DNA of 55,974 bases, counting the filler, from Candidatus Tectimicrobiota bacterium (GTDB lineage Bacteria > JACPUC01): assembly GCA_016192455.1 (NCBI GenBank). It is 3 parts of 3 records of this genome, joined end to end, with 100 filler letters (N's around TTAATTAATTAA, not from the genome) between each part and the next. Parts side by side here need not be neighbours in the genome. Positions count along the whole stretch, not along the records: positions 26,900 to 41,340 come from JACPUC010000031.1; positions 41,441 to 55,974 come from JACPUC010000026.1; 1 more part is not named here. One strand, given 5' to 3'. The notes beneath the pieces were generated by a model, which saw only the letters and a program-made list of their open reading frames with translations, searched no databases and was not told the origin of the DNA. Each line of letters starts with the position of its first letter. Position 1 is the stretch's first letter. The translations under genes were made by a program, and so were the position numbers. Shown here piece after piece: positions 34,559-44,343 of this stretch.

Positions 34559-36376
34559 ATGAGGTGGAGACTGTTCCGAACGAGGTTGCGATTTGCCGCT
34601 CGGCTGTGGCCACGGCGCCTGCCGGGCTGGCTGCTTGCGGCTGCGGCGCTGGCCAGCCTCGTGGTTGCCGAGGCCGCCTTCGCCGAGGCGCCGAAGCAGA
34701 TGGTCTACCGGGAGTTCCCGCTCATCGGCAGCCGGGTTGCCGTCTGGGTGGTGGCGCAGCTCCACCTCATGTTCGCCGCCTTCGTGCTCGGCGTGCCGAT
34801 GTTCGCCGTCATCGTGGAGATCATCGGGTCGGCCTCGAAGGACCCCGCGCAGGGACAACGCCTCGATAACCTGTCGCGCGAGTTCACCAAGCTCCTCCTG
34901 GTGGCCTTCTCGGCGACGGCCATCCTGGGGGCGCTCCTCCTCTTCCTGTTCATCGGCCTCTACCCCACCTTCTTCACCTACCTGACGAGCATCTTCTTCC
35001 CGACCATGGCGGCCTACGCGGTGCTCTTTTTCGGCGAGTCCTTCACCCTCTACCTCTACTGGTACGGCTGGGACTCGCTGAAGCACCGCAAAGGGGTGCA
35101 CATCGGCCTCGGCGTTCTGCTCAATCTCTTCGGCATCTCCCTGATGTTCATCTCCGATTCCTGGCTCACCTTCATGAGCAGCCCGAACGGCATCGACGAC
35201 GCCGGCAACCTGGTGAGCCTGTGGGGAGCGGTGAACAATTTCACCTGGATGCCGATCAACATCCACCGCTTCATCGCCAACATTGCCTTCGGCGGCTCCA
35301 TCGTTGCCGCCTACGCCGCCTTCCGCTTCCTTGTGTCGAGCACCGAGGAGGAGCGGGCGCATTACGACTGGATGGGTTACATCGGCAACTTTATCGCCAT
35401 CTCCGGCTTCATCCCGCTCCCCTTCGCCGGCTACTGGCTGGGGCGCGAAATCTACAGCTTCAGCCAGCAGATGGGGCTGACGATGATGGGGGGCGTCTTC
35501 TCCTGGCTGTTCATTGTGCAGGCGGTGCTCATCGGCGCCCTCTTCCTGGGCGCCAACTACTACCTCTGGCTGGCGATGGGGCGCATCGAGGGGGGCGAGC
35601 GCTACCAGAAGTACACGAAGTACCTCCTGCTCATCTTGACGGCCTGTTTCCTTATCTGGATGACGCCGCACAGCCTCGTCGCCAGCCTCGAGGAGGCGCG
35701 CAAGATGGGCGGGGCGCACCACCCGCTCCTCGGCGTGCTGGGGGTGATGTCGGCGAAGAACACCGTGGTCAACATCATGATCCTGACGACCTTCCTCAGC
35801 TTCACCCTCTACCGGCGGGCGAACAAGGTCTCGGTGCACCCGCGGCGCCGCCTCCTGAAGACCATCCAGGCGCTGGTGTTCCTGGCGGCGGCCTTCATCG
35901 TCATCTTCTACGGCATCTACGGCTACTATGTGGAAGCCATCGTGCGCATCGGCTTCTCGGTGTATCAGGTGTCGGCGGTGCTCATCACCTTCATCGTGGT
36001 CATCGCGCTCGATGTGCCACTCTTCCGCAAGGCGCGGGCAACGGGGGTGATCCGCTGGGGGAAGGTGCCGGTGCGTTCGCAGTATACGCTCTTTTTGGTG
36101 GCGACTTCGTTCACCTGGCTCATGGGGTTGATGGGCTATGCGCGCTCCGGCCTGCGGCTGCACTGGCACATCTGGGGCGTGCTGCGCGACACCTCGGCGC
36201 ACGCCTTCACCCCCACGCTCGGCTACGCGACGCTCGTCATCTCCATCATTGTGGCGATCTTCCTCGGCTTCATCGGTTTCATCTTCTGGGTCGGTCATCT
36301 CGGCGAAGAGAAGAAGCACCCCACGCCGGAAGCCGCCGGCATGCTGCCTGCCGCGATGGAGCCAGCCACCGTCTAG
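34559..36376 (+). CDS. Cytochrome bd-like oxidoreductase subunit I (CydA-like, atypical)
   Basis: QLHLMFAAFVLGVP and NIHRFIAN heme-b His motifs, GES, many TM helices, LMGYARSGLRLHW in place of GRQPW; no CydB follows. Confidence 0.8.
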   Translation: MRWRLFRTRLRFAARLWPRRLPGWLLAAAALASLVVAEAAFAEAPKQMVYREFPLIGSRVAVWVVAQLHLMFAAFVLGVPMFAVIVEIIGSASKDPAQGQRLDNLSREFTKLLLVAFSATAILGALLLFLFIGLYPTFFTYLTSIFFPTMAAYAVLFFGESFTLYLYWYGWDSLKHRKGVHIGLGVLLNLFGISLMFISDSWLTFMSSPNGIDDAGNLVSLWGAVNNFTWMPINIHRFIANIAFGGSIVAAYAAFRFLVSSTEEERAHYDWMGYIGNFIAISGFIPLPFAGYWLGREIYSFSQQMGLTMMGGVFSWLFIVQAVLIGALFLGANYYLWLAMGRIEGGERYQKYTKYLLLILTACFLIWMTPHSLVASLEEARKMGGAHHPLLGVLGVMSAKNTVVNIMILTTFLSFTLYRRANKVSVHPRRRLLKTIQALVFLAAAFIVIFYGIYGYYVEAIVRIGFSVYQVSAVLITFIVVIALDVPLFRKARATGVIRWGKVPVRSQYTLFLVATSFTWLMGLMGYARSGLRLHWHIWGVLRDTSAHAFTPTLGYATLVISIIVAIFLGFIGFIFWVGHLGEEKKHPTPEAAGMLPAAMEPATV

Positions 36377-36421
36377 CGCCTGCCGCTGCGAAGGGGACCC
36401 GCGGGTCGTCGTGGGAGCGTC

Positions 36422-37243
36422 ATGAAAAAGGTCGTCTTCAAGGTCATTCTTTTCAACGTGCTGGTCATCCTGTTCTACATGTACGTCGGGCAGATCATTC
36501 CGCAGATCGAGAGCCATCCCCCCAAAGAGATCACCATCGCGGCCGGCATGTCCGCCACCGAGCTCGCCGCCGTCGGCAAGGAGCTCTTCTACAGCAAGGG
36601 GACCTGCGTCCTCTGTCACGCCATCGGCGAGAAAGGCCAGCGCGCTCCGGACCTGGCGGGGGTGGGCGAGCGCGCCAAGACGCGCAAGGAGGGGATGAAG
36701 GATTTCGAGTACCTGGCCGAGTCCCTCTACAACCCCACCGCCTACGTGGTCGAGGGCTGGCAGCCGATCATGCCGGTCATCAACAAGCCGCCGATCAACC
36801 TCTCGGATGACGAGATCCATGCCGTCGTCGCCTACCTGCAAACCCTGGGGGGAACGCCGACGGTGACGCTGGAGACGAAGTTCGCCGCCGCCACGGCCCC
36901 GGCGGCTGCCGCGGCGCCGGCCGCGGCGATGAAGGTGGAAGGGGCGGACGCGGCGAGCCGCGCCAAGTCCATCCTCGCCCAAGGCGGCTGCATCGCCTGC
37001 CACAGCCTCGACAAGCCCGACCGCCTCATCGGCCCCAGCCTCTTCGACATCGGCAAGCGCAAGGACAGGGCCTACATCCTCGAATCCATCCTGGAGCCGG
37101 ACAAGGTGATCGCCCAGGGCACCCCGCCCTACCCACCGGGCTTGATGCTGGGCACCCTGCAAGGGATCGGCTTCTACCAGAAAGTGACCGCGGAAAACCT
37201 CCTGACGCTGGTCGATTACCTCAGCACCCTGAAGGGGAAGTGA
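36422..37243 (+). CDS. Membrane-anchored diheme cytochrome c
   Basis: N-terminal TM helix; CVLCH and CIACH with downstream Met candidates. Confidence 0.88.
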   Translation: MKKVVFKVILFNVLVILFYMYVGQIIPQIESHPPKEITIAAGMSATELAAVGKELFYSKGTCVLCHAIGEKGQRAPDLAGVGERAKTRKEGMKDFEYLAESLYNPTAYVVEGWQPIMPVINKPPINLSDDEIHAVVAYLQTLGGTPTVTLETKFAAATAPAAAAAPAAAMKVEGADAASRAKSILAQGGCIACHSLDKPDRLIGPSLFDIGKRKDRAYILESILEPDKVIAQGTPPYPPGLMLGTLQGIGFYQKVTAENLLTLVDYLSTLKGK

Positions 37244-37259
37244 GCAGGAGAGGCCCATC

Positions 37260-38042
37260 GTGAAGAAGAGACAGCCGCCCGTCTTCTTTCTCGCCGTCGT
37301 CGCCTTCATCGTCTCCCTGCTGATCTTCCGCTTCGGCATTCGGCCGCCCATCCCTTCCAGCCTCTTCTATACTTACGTCGCTGCCACCCTCGGAGCGATC
37401 CTGCTCTGGGCCACCTCGAGCGAGGAGGCGCTGGCGGAGTTCGTGCGTCCCATCAAGGCGACCATCGTGAAGGATGACCTGCGCTGGCTGCGCCTTCTTT
37501 TCATCCTCCTGCTGCCGATCGTCATGGGCTATGTGGCGTATTCCCAGGCGAGTGTCGAAATTCAACCGCCGGCGGAGCTGCGCGTCATCCATCCGGCCCC
37601 GCCCGCCTCGATCACCGTACACGGCAAGCAGTTGGCCATCGAGGGGCTGCGCAACCCCTTGCGCGCCGCCAAGGACTTCCAGGCGAAGAAGGCCGAGTAT
37701 CTCGCCGAGGGGCGGCGCATCTACTTCCAGAACTGCTTCTTCTGCCACGGCGATAAGTTTGCCGGCGAGGGGCACTTCGCCCAGGGCTTCAACCCATCCC
37801 CCGCCAATCTTGCCGACCCTGGAACCATTGCGCAGCTTCAGGAATCCTACGTCTTTTGGCGCATCAGCAAGGGGGGGCCGGGCTTGCCCGACCAATCGAC
37901 CCCCTGGAACTCAGCCATGCCGGCGTGGGAGAACATGCTCAGCACGGACGAAATCTGGAAGGTAGTCCTTTACATTTACGAGGCGACCGACCAGCAGCCG
38001 CGCACCTGGGAAGCCGGCCACGGGCAGGAGGCGTCGAAGTGA
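37260..38042 (+). CDS. Membrane-bound monoheme cytochrome c
   Basis: Three N-terminal TM segments; CFFCH; SAMPAWE. Confidence 0.88.
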   Translation: MKKRQPPVFFLAVVAFIVSLLIFRFGIRPPIPSSLFYTYVAATLGAILLWATSSEEALAEFVRPIKATIVKDDLRWLRLLFILLLPIVMGYVAYSQASVEIQPPAELRVIHPAPPASITVHGKQLAIEGLRNPLRAAKDFQAKKAEYLAEGRRIYFQNCFFCHGDKFAGEGHFAQGFNPSPANLADPGTIAQLQESYVFWRISKGGPGLPDQSTPWNSAMPAWENMLSTDEIWKVVLYIYEATDQQPRTWEAGHGQEASK

Positions 38043-38128
38043 GAACCGCCGTGGGCGCCCATGCTCGGGCCGCGGGCATCCTGCCGCCGGCGCCGTTGCG
38101 GCGCAGCAGGGAGCAGGAGGGGAGAGGA

Positions 38129-39760
38129 GTGGAGAGGAGCGTGAACCCGACGCCGGCGGCTTTGACCGGGAGAGAAGCGTCGCTCAAGCTGCGTGGCGGC
38201 CAGTGGGCGCCTCTGCTCGCGGGGCTCGTCGTGGGCGCTCTGGCGCTGCTGGGTCGGCCCGCGCCGTCGTTCGCCCAGGGGAGCGCCGAAGCCGGCAAAC
38301 CCGTCTACGAACGGCGCTGCTCCCACTGCCATGGACCGGAGGGGAAGGGAGACGGACCGGCGGCCGAGCGTCTTCGCCCTCGCCCTCGTGACTTCACCCA
38401 GGGATGGTTCAAGTTCCGCTCCACGCCAAGCGGCTCACTCCCCAGCGATGCCGATCTCCTCCGCACCATCTCCGAGGGCATCCCGGGCACCTCCATGCCG
38501 GGCTGGAACGATCTGCTCTCGGAGAAGCAGCGGCGCGACGTCGTCGCCTACCTGAAAACCTTCTCCGCCCGCTTCAAGGAGGAGAAGATTCCTCCCCCCG
38601 TCGCCTTCAAGCCGGAGATCGCGGTCTCGCAGGAGAGCGTGGAGCGCGGCAAGAAGCTCTTCCTCGACATCGAATGCTGGAAGTGTCACGGCAATTCGGG
38701 ACGGGCCGATGGTCCCTCGGCTCCCACCCTAAAGGATGAGTGGGACCAACCGATTTCGCCGGCCAACCTCACGAAACCTTGGCTCTTCCGCAGTGGGGGA
38801 ACGCGCCGCGACATCTACCGGGCCATCATGACGGGCCTCACCGGGTCGCCCATGCCCTCCTTTGCCGATACCTTCAACCTCCCCGAGGAGGAGCTGAAGG
38901 CGATGGAAAAGGACGGCGTCTTCCTCAATCCCTGGCACCTGGTGAACTACGTTGACTCGCTGCGCCGGCAGCGTCCCCCCGGCGTCCTCCTTGTCGTCAA
39001 GCGGATGGAGGGGGAGCTGCCGACACGCTACGATGATCCCGCCTGGGAGCAGGCGCCGCTCCTCGAGTTCGCCCTCGTCGGACAGGTGATCGAGGATCCG
39101 CGCTGGTTTACGCCAGCCGTCGACAGCGTCTTCATCAAGGGCCTGTATAACGAGCGCGACATCGCCTTCCGGCTGGACTGGGATGATTCCACCAACAGTA
39201 AGAAGGATACCCCGAAGGATGCGGGCGGCACCGGCGTCGTTGACAGGTTCGCCCTGCAGTTCCCGGCGAAGAACCCGGAGGGGGGGGAGCGTCCCTACTT
39301 TTTGGGAGGTACCCCGCAAGCGCCGGTCTATCTCTGGGCTTCTGCCTCGGACCCCGCCGCGATCAAGGAGAAGAATGCCGCCGGCCTGACGAATGAGAAG
39401 GAGCAGCCAGAGGCAAGCCAGGCGCTCAGTGGGCAGGTGGAGTACGTGGAAGGGCAGTACCGCATGGTCGTCAAACGCGCCCTGACCACCAACGACAAAG
39501 AGAATGACGTGCAATTCGAGCCCGGAAAGTTCTTCCCCATCGCCTTCTCGGCTTGGGACGGGGGCAACCATGAGGAGGGGGCGAAGCGCGCGCTGAGCGC
39601 CTGGTACCTTATGTTCCTGCAACCTCCCGAGTCCGCCGCCAGGGTCTCTTACCCCCTGCTTGCCATCGTGCTCACCCTGCTCGTCGAGATGTACATCGTC
39701 CGCGCCGTGCGGCGGAAGGTGCGTCGCGAAAGGGCCCTGGCCCGGCGCGGCAGAGCCTAG
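38129..39760 (+). CDS. Diheme cytochrome c fused to an EbdC/DOMON-like heme-binding domain with a C-terminal TM anchor
   Basis: CSHCH and CWKCH; then IAFRLDWDD, DRFALQFP and IAFSAWDGGNHEEGAKR; start approximate. Confidence 0.82.
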   Translation: MERSVNPTPAALTGREASLKLRGGQWAPLLAGLVVGALALLGRPAPSFAQGSAEAGKPVYERRCSHCHGPEGKGDGPAAERLRPRPRDFTQGWFKFRSTPSGSLPSDADLLRTISEGIPGTSMPGWNDLLSEKQRRDVVAYLKTFSARFKEEKIPPPVAFKPEIAVSQESVERGKKLFLDIECWKCHGNSGRADGPSAPTLKDEWDQPISPANLTKPWLFRSGGTRRDIYRAIMTGLTGSPMPSFADTFNLPEEELKAMEKDGVFLNPWHLVNYVDSLRRQRPPGVLLVVKRMEGELPTRYDDPAWEQAPLLEFALVGQVIEDPRWFTPAVDSVFIKGLYNERDIAFRLDWDDSTNSKKDTPKDAGGTGVVDRFALQFPAKNPEGGERPYFLGGTPQAPVYLWASASDPAAIKEKNAAGLTNEKEQPEASQALSGQVEYVEGQYRMVVKRALTTNDKENDVQFEPGKFFPIAFSAWDGGNHEEGAKRALSAWYLMFLQPPESAARVSYPLLAIVLTLLVEMYIVRAVRRKVRRERALARRGRA

Positions 39761-39886
39761 CGGCGGCCCTGCGGCTCCGCGCGCCGCCCGCGGGCTGGGA
39801 GGCGCCGCCGAGTCAGCGGCGTCTCGGTGTGGATGCCGCCTCTCCTCCTGATGAGCGTCCGATGCTGCGCGCGGAGGGAGCCGCCC

Positions 39887-41203
39887 ATGGACGCGCCCTA
39901 CCTCCATCCCGACGTTGAGACCCTGCCGCGCCAGGAGCGCCGCCGTAGTCAAGCTGCCGCCTTCGCGCGGCAGCTCGCCGCGGTGGCCGCTTCGAGCCCG
40001 TTCTACCAGCGGAAGTTTGCGGCGGTCGGCATCCACCCTTCGCGTCTGCCGCTAGAGCGCCTCACTGATCTTCCCTTCACCACCAAGGATGAGCTGAAAG
40101 CGGACCAGGAGGTCCACGCGCCGTGGGGCGAGTTCCTGGCCGCGCCGCTGACCGCCTGCGTGCGCCTGCACCAGACCTCGGCCACCACAGGTCGACCGCT
40201 CCTCATCCTGGAGAGCCGGCGCGACTGGCAGGACCTCAGCCGCATCTACGCGCGGGCCCTCTACGCCATGGGGGTGCGGAGCACGGACATGGTGCTGCCG
40301 GCCTTCAGCTTCGGGCCGTGGGTGGGATTCTGGGGCGGGGTGTTCGCCATCCAGGAGCTGGGCGCGCTTTTTTTCCCCAGCGGCGGCATGAGCACCGAGC
40401 AGCGCATCGACACTCTGCTGAGCTATCCCATCACCGTGCTCGGCTGCACGCCCTCCTACGGGCTGCACCTTGCCGAAGCCGCGGCCAAGCGCGGCATCGA
40501 CCTCGCCACGCGGAGCCGGCTTCGCCTCTCCTGGCACACCGGCGAGCCCGGCGCCAGCATCCCCACCACGCGCGCGCTGCTCGCCCGCCGGCTTGGCACG
40601 AGGGTCTTCGATCTCCCCGGGCTGACGGAGATCGCGCCCTGGGGGTTTAGCTGCGCCGCCGAATCAGGCCAGGTGCACCTGCATGAGGACGTGATCTACG
40701 CCGAGGTTCTGGATGTCGAGAGCGAGCGCCCCGTCGGGCCGGGGGAGCGTGGCGAGCTCATCCTGACCCACCTGCGCCGCGAGGCCATGCCCTTCATTCG
40801 CTACCGCACCCGCGACCTCGTGGAGGTGGCGCGGCGCCCCTGCCCCTGCGGGCGCACCTTCCTGTCGTTTCAAGGCGGCGTGCTCGGCAGGCTTGATGAC
40901 CTGAAGAAAATCCGCGGCGTCCTCATCTCCCCGGCGCACATCGAGGAGGTGGTGCGCGGCGCGCCCGCGGTGAGCGAGTTCGAGATCGTCCTGCGACGCC
41001 TGCAAGGGCTGGATGATATCCTGGTGCGGCTGGAGGCGCCGGAGCAGGCGCTCAGGGAAGGGTTGCTGACGGAGCTGGCGGCGAACTTGCGGTTGCGTCT
41101 TGGGTTGCGCGTCACCGTGGAGGCCGCGCCCTCCGGCAGTCTGCGGCGCTGGGATCACAAGGCGCGCCGCCTGCGCGACGAACGCCAGGAGGTGCCCTTC
41201 TAG
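39887..41203 (+). CDS. Phenylacetate--CoA ligase (PaaK-like) family adenylate-forming enzyme
   Basis: LPFTTKDEL, QTSATTGRP, GEPG, GLTE, PFIRYRTRD, GRLDD. Confidence 0.85.
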   Translation: MDAPYLHPDVETLPRQERRRSQAAAFARQLAAVAASSPFYQRKFAAVGIHPSRLPLERLTDLPFTTKDELKADQEVHAPWGEFLAAPLTACVRLHQTSATTGRPLLILESRRDWQDLSRIYARALYAMGVRSTDMVLPAFSFGPWVGFWGGVFAIQELGALFFPSGGMSTEQRIDTLLSYPITVLGCTPSYGLHLAEAAAKRGIDLATRSRLRLSWHTGEPGASIPTTRALLARRLGTRVFDLPGLTEIAPWGFSCAAESGQVHLHEDVIYAEVLDVESERPVGPGERGELILTHLRREAMPFIRYRTRDLVEVARRPCPCGRTFLSFQGGVLGRLDDLKKIRGVLISPAHIEEVVRGAPAVSEFEIVLRRLQGLDDILVRLEAPEQALREGLLTELAANLRLRLGLRVTVEAAPSGSLRRWDHKARRLRDERQEVPF

Positions 41204-41340
41204 GAGCCTGTCGGGGTAATGGTTCCCGGCAGGGGTGATAGGTCAGGGTGCGGGGGTCGTCGTCCTGGTGCGTCGGGTTCAGGAAGCTGGACGACGCCTG
41301 CCTGCCCGCAGGCGCCTGTCTGCGTCAACGGAGAGGGAGA
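41200..41340. mobile_element. IS1182-like terminal sequence (likely the other end of the element family at 26587)
   Basis: CTAGGAGCCTGTCGG is identical to 26587-26601; the internal sequence differs; the contig ends about 140 nt later. Confidence 0.75.
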
Positions 41341-41440
41341 NNNNNNNNNNNNNNNNNNNNNNNNNNNNNNNNNNNNNNNNNNNNTTAATTAATTAANNNN
41401 NNNNNNNNNNNNNNNNNNNNNNNNNNNNNNNNNNNNNNNN
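41341..41440. other. Assembly gap / artificial contig linker
   Basis: N runs flanking TTAATTAATTAA. Confidence 0.98.
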
Positions 41441-41689
41441 ATTCGCCCCATTCAAGGGCTGCGCCCAGGAACAATCTCCGTATCCTGGCACTTTGGGCAC
41501 TGGGCATACGGCTCTCAGGATGTAGTCATCGATGGCATCACAATCAAGGGTGACTCGCGCCGGAACACTGGCCTTACTACCAATCCGGTGCTCCTGACGG
41601 ACCCGCTCATCAAGAACGTGTGTCTGACAGACCCAATAGGCGGCAGCGCTTCCTTCTTCGACACCAAGGTCAATCTCGTCAAAGTGTAA
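41441..41689 (+). CDS. C-terminal fragment of a tetrathionate reductase A-like molybdoenzyme (5'-truncated; missed by the ORF track)
   Basis: Open frame IRPIQGLRPGTISVSWHFGHWAYGSQDVVIDGITIKGDSRRNTG...CLTDPIGGSASFFDTKVNLVKV*, typical of a TtrA-type molydop-binding tail. Confidence 0.75.
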   Translation: MRPIQGLRPGTISVSWHFGHWAYGSQDVVIDGITIKGDSRRNTGLTTNPVLLTDPLIKNVCLTDPIGGSASFFDTKVNLVKV

Positions 41690-42135
41690 CTCGATTCCCA
41701 GATATTTTTCGCGTCGCTGGTGAACCTTACACTGGAGGTGTACTGACCCCGATTTCTTGGACACTCAGATCAGCTCGTTTTGGGTCGGCTCCTCTTCCCT
41801 ATCTTGGTCAGCTACAGTTGTGGCTTTGTGCCAAACCTTGAGTCATCACCGAATACAATAACATATCATTAACCACGGGACGAGCTGGCGGCACGTCATC
41901 GAGCCGGCAGCAACCCCGCGGGGAGGCGTGTCTCGTCCGTGCGGCCTCGGTACCGATGTTCCCCCAGCGTTGTTAGACGAGCAATCATGCCGCTGGTCCC
42001 CCTGGTGCTCCCCCGTAGCAGGTTCCAGACTGGGCGCTCCCTGCCGGAAAACACCCCAGCCGCTCCGCACCTGGGAGCGGCTGGGGGTAGGTGATGCGCC
42101 GGCGAGGGGCGCTGGATCCCCTGGTGTCACTCGAC

Positions 42136-44343
42136 TTACGCCGGCAGCTTCTCGACGTTGCCCAGCAGTGCCTTGTAGGACGGGAAGCCGCTGAGGGGGT
42201 CGCGGTTCTCCATGTCGGTGAGCTCGTTGACGTTGGCCTCCCGCCAGGCCTTGGGGCCGAGCGGGCCGCCGCCGCCCATGTTGGCGTCGATGACGCCTGG
42301 GCGGATGTCGTCGGTGACCTGGGCCGTGAAGACGACCTTCTTGCGGCGCGGGCTGGTAACGTAGACCCGGTCGCCGGTCTTGATGCCGCGAGCCTGGGCG
42401 TCCTTGCTGTTGATGACCACGCAGGGATCGGGGCGCCGATTCACCAGCCCGGGGATGTTGTGGTGCTGGCTGCGGAAATCCTCGTTCATGTGCGAGCCGC
42501 TGATGAGGACGAGGGGATACTCCTTGGCCAGCGCGGGGTTCGCCAGCGGCCCCTCGGTCGGCTCGGTGTAGACGGGCAAGGGGTCGATGCCGTGCTGGCG
42601 GAAGAGCCGCGAGGAGAACTCGAACTTGCCCGAAGGGGTGCGGAACCCCGGCTTGCCGTCCTTGCGCAGCTCGCCCGTCTCATACTTGCGGTAGCGCTGC
42701 TCCGGCACCGGCAGCGAGACGCCGGTCGCAGAGGCGCGCACCTCCTCGAGGGACACCGTGCTCTCCGAGAAGGCGTACCGCAGCATCTCCTCCTCGGTCT
42801 GCGGCACGAGGTGGCCGAAGCCGAGGCGGTCGGCGATGGCGGCGTAGATAAGGTAATCGTTGCGGGCCTCGCCGATCGGTTCGACGATGCGCTCGCGCAC
42901 TTGCACGTGCTGGGCCACCGTGGCGCGGTAGGGGTAGCGCTGGTAGGAGAGGATCTCGTACATCGTCGTCGCCGGCAGCACAACGTCGGCATACTTGGCG
43001 TCCTCGGTCATGAAGCGATCGATGACCCCCAGGAAGTCGAGCGCCGCCAGGCTGCGACGCCACACGTCGGGGTTGGGGAAGGAGGTGATGAGCGAGGCGC
43101 CGCCGACGAGGAGGCCGCGCACCGGGTAGGGATCGTTGTGCAGGATGGCGCGGGGCATCTCCATGAAGTGGGCGGCGCGGGTGAAGCGGCAGAAGAGCGG
43201 GAAGCGGTCGGCGCCGATGGGCGGCACGTCCTCCGGCGGATCGAAGCGCAGGAAGCGCGTCGTCGGCTGCCCATGCATGCTGTAGACCATGCCGCCGGGG
43301 ACGTCAATCTGACCCAGGAGCGCCCACAGACACATCGCCGAGCGGATGTTCTGCACGCCGCTGTTGGTGTATTCGAGGCCCGTGTAGGAGACCAGCGAGG
43401 CGGCGCGGGCACGGCCCAGGTCGCGCGCCAGGGCGCGGATCGTCGCCGCCGGGATGTCGCAGATGGCCTCGGCGCGTTCCGGACGGAACTGCCGCGCGTA
43501 GTCGCGCAGCTCCGCGAAGCCTTCCGTCCAGTTCTCCACGAAGTCGTGATCGTAGAGGTCCTCCTCGATGAGCACCTGCATGAGGCTGAGGGCCAGGGCG
43601 CCGTCGCTGCCGGGCCGCACCGGAATCCACTGGTCCTCTTGCCTGGCGATCTCCGCCCGGCGCGGGTCGATGAGCACCACCTTGGCGCCGCGCTGCCGCG
43701 CCGCCTCGATCTTGCGCCGCAGGTCGGGCGGCGAGTCGGTGACCGGATTGGCCCCCCAGATGATGATGAGGTCGGAGCGCTGCACATCGGGGAACCAGGC
43801 CATCCAGGGCAGGCCGGTGGTGGCGTAAGGGGCCATGACGCGCAGGGACATGGCGCAGAGCGAGCTGACGCCGCCGGCGTTCGGCGAACCGAGCAGCGCC
43901 AGCAAGCCGATCGACGATGAGGTGAGGGTGCCGGTGGGGGAGAAGAAGTCGCCGATGGAGTGCTCGAAGTTGCCCCGCCCCCCGTAGGCCGCCAGGGCCC
44001 TGCCGCCGTGCTTCTGAGCCACCTGCTTCAGCCCGGCCGCGACGCGATCGAGGGCTTCATCCCAACTGAGGCGCTCGAGCTTCCCCTCGCCCCGCGCTCC
44101 CACGCGCACCATGGGGTAGCGCAGGCGATCCGGAGAGTAGACGATCTCCTTCGAGTACTCGCCGCGCAGGCAGACGATCCCCTTCGGGTGGTCTTTCAGC
44201 GGCGCGATGGAGTCGATCTTGCCGTCGACCAGTTGAATCTCCACTCCGCAGCCCTCGGCGCAGATGCCGCACAGGCCGATCTTCGTCTCTCGGCGCGTCG
44301 CCTGCGATTCCGACGTTGCTGTAGCTTCGAGTATTCCCGCCAT
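42136..44343 (-). CDS. Molybdopterin/tungsten oxidoreductase (acetylene hydratase-like group), substrate unknown
   Basis: CGICAEGC...CLRG, LSWDEALD, SLC (candidate ligand), PGSDGALA, ADVVLPA, GFRTPSGKFE, ANVNELTD...DPLSGFP; no Tat signal. Confidence 0.88.
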   Translation of the reverse strand: MAGILEATATSESQATRRETKIGLCGICAEGCGVEIQLVDGKIDSIAPLKDHPKGIVCLRGEYSKEIVYSPDRLRYPMVRVGARGEGKLERLSWDEALDRVAAGLKQVAQKHGGRALAAYGGRGNFEHSIGDFFSPTGTLTSSSIGLLALLGSPNAGGVSSLCAMSLRVMAPYATTGLPWMAWFPDVQRSDLIIIWGANPVTDSPPDLRRKIEAARQRGAKVVLIDPRRAEIARQEDQWIPVRPGSDGALALSLMQVLIEEDLYDHDFVENWTEGFAELRDYARQFRPERAEAICDIPAATIRALARDLGRARAASLVSYTGLEYTNSGVQNIRSAMCLWALLGQIDVPGGMVYSMHGQPTTRFLRFDPPEDVPPIGADRFPLFCRFTRAAHFMEMPRAILHNDPYPVRGLLVGGASLITSFPNPDVWRRSLAALDFLGVIDRFMTEDAKYADVVLPATTMYEILSYQRYPYRATVAQHVQVRERIVEPIGEARNDYLIYAAIADRLGFGHLVPQTEEEMLRYAFSESTVSLEEVRASATGVSLPVPEQRYRKYETGELRKDGKPGFRTPSGKFEFSSRLFRQHGIDPLPVYTEPTEGPLANPALAKEYPLVLISGSHMNEDFRSQHHNIPGLVNRRPDPCVVINSKDAQARGIKTGDRVYVTSPRRKKVVFTAQVTDDIRPGVIDANMGGGGPLGPKAWREANVNELTDMENRDPLSGFPSYKALLGNVEKLPA

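Noticed and set aside
34016-37351. Very long antisense ORFs (e.g. 1111 aa here; also 6701-9040, 16497-18641, 42091-43920)
   Set aside because: Shadow frames of real GC-rich genes on the opposite strand; no motifs of their own.
41441-41464. Resemblance to the lacZ-alpha vector sequence ATTCGCCATTCAGGCTGCGC
   Set aside because: The match needs several indels, and the bases read in frame as part of the TtrA-like tail.
41393-41764. Minus-strand 123-aa ORF in the track
   Set aside because: It overlaps the plus-strand frame that carries clear TtrA-like motifs.
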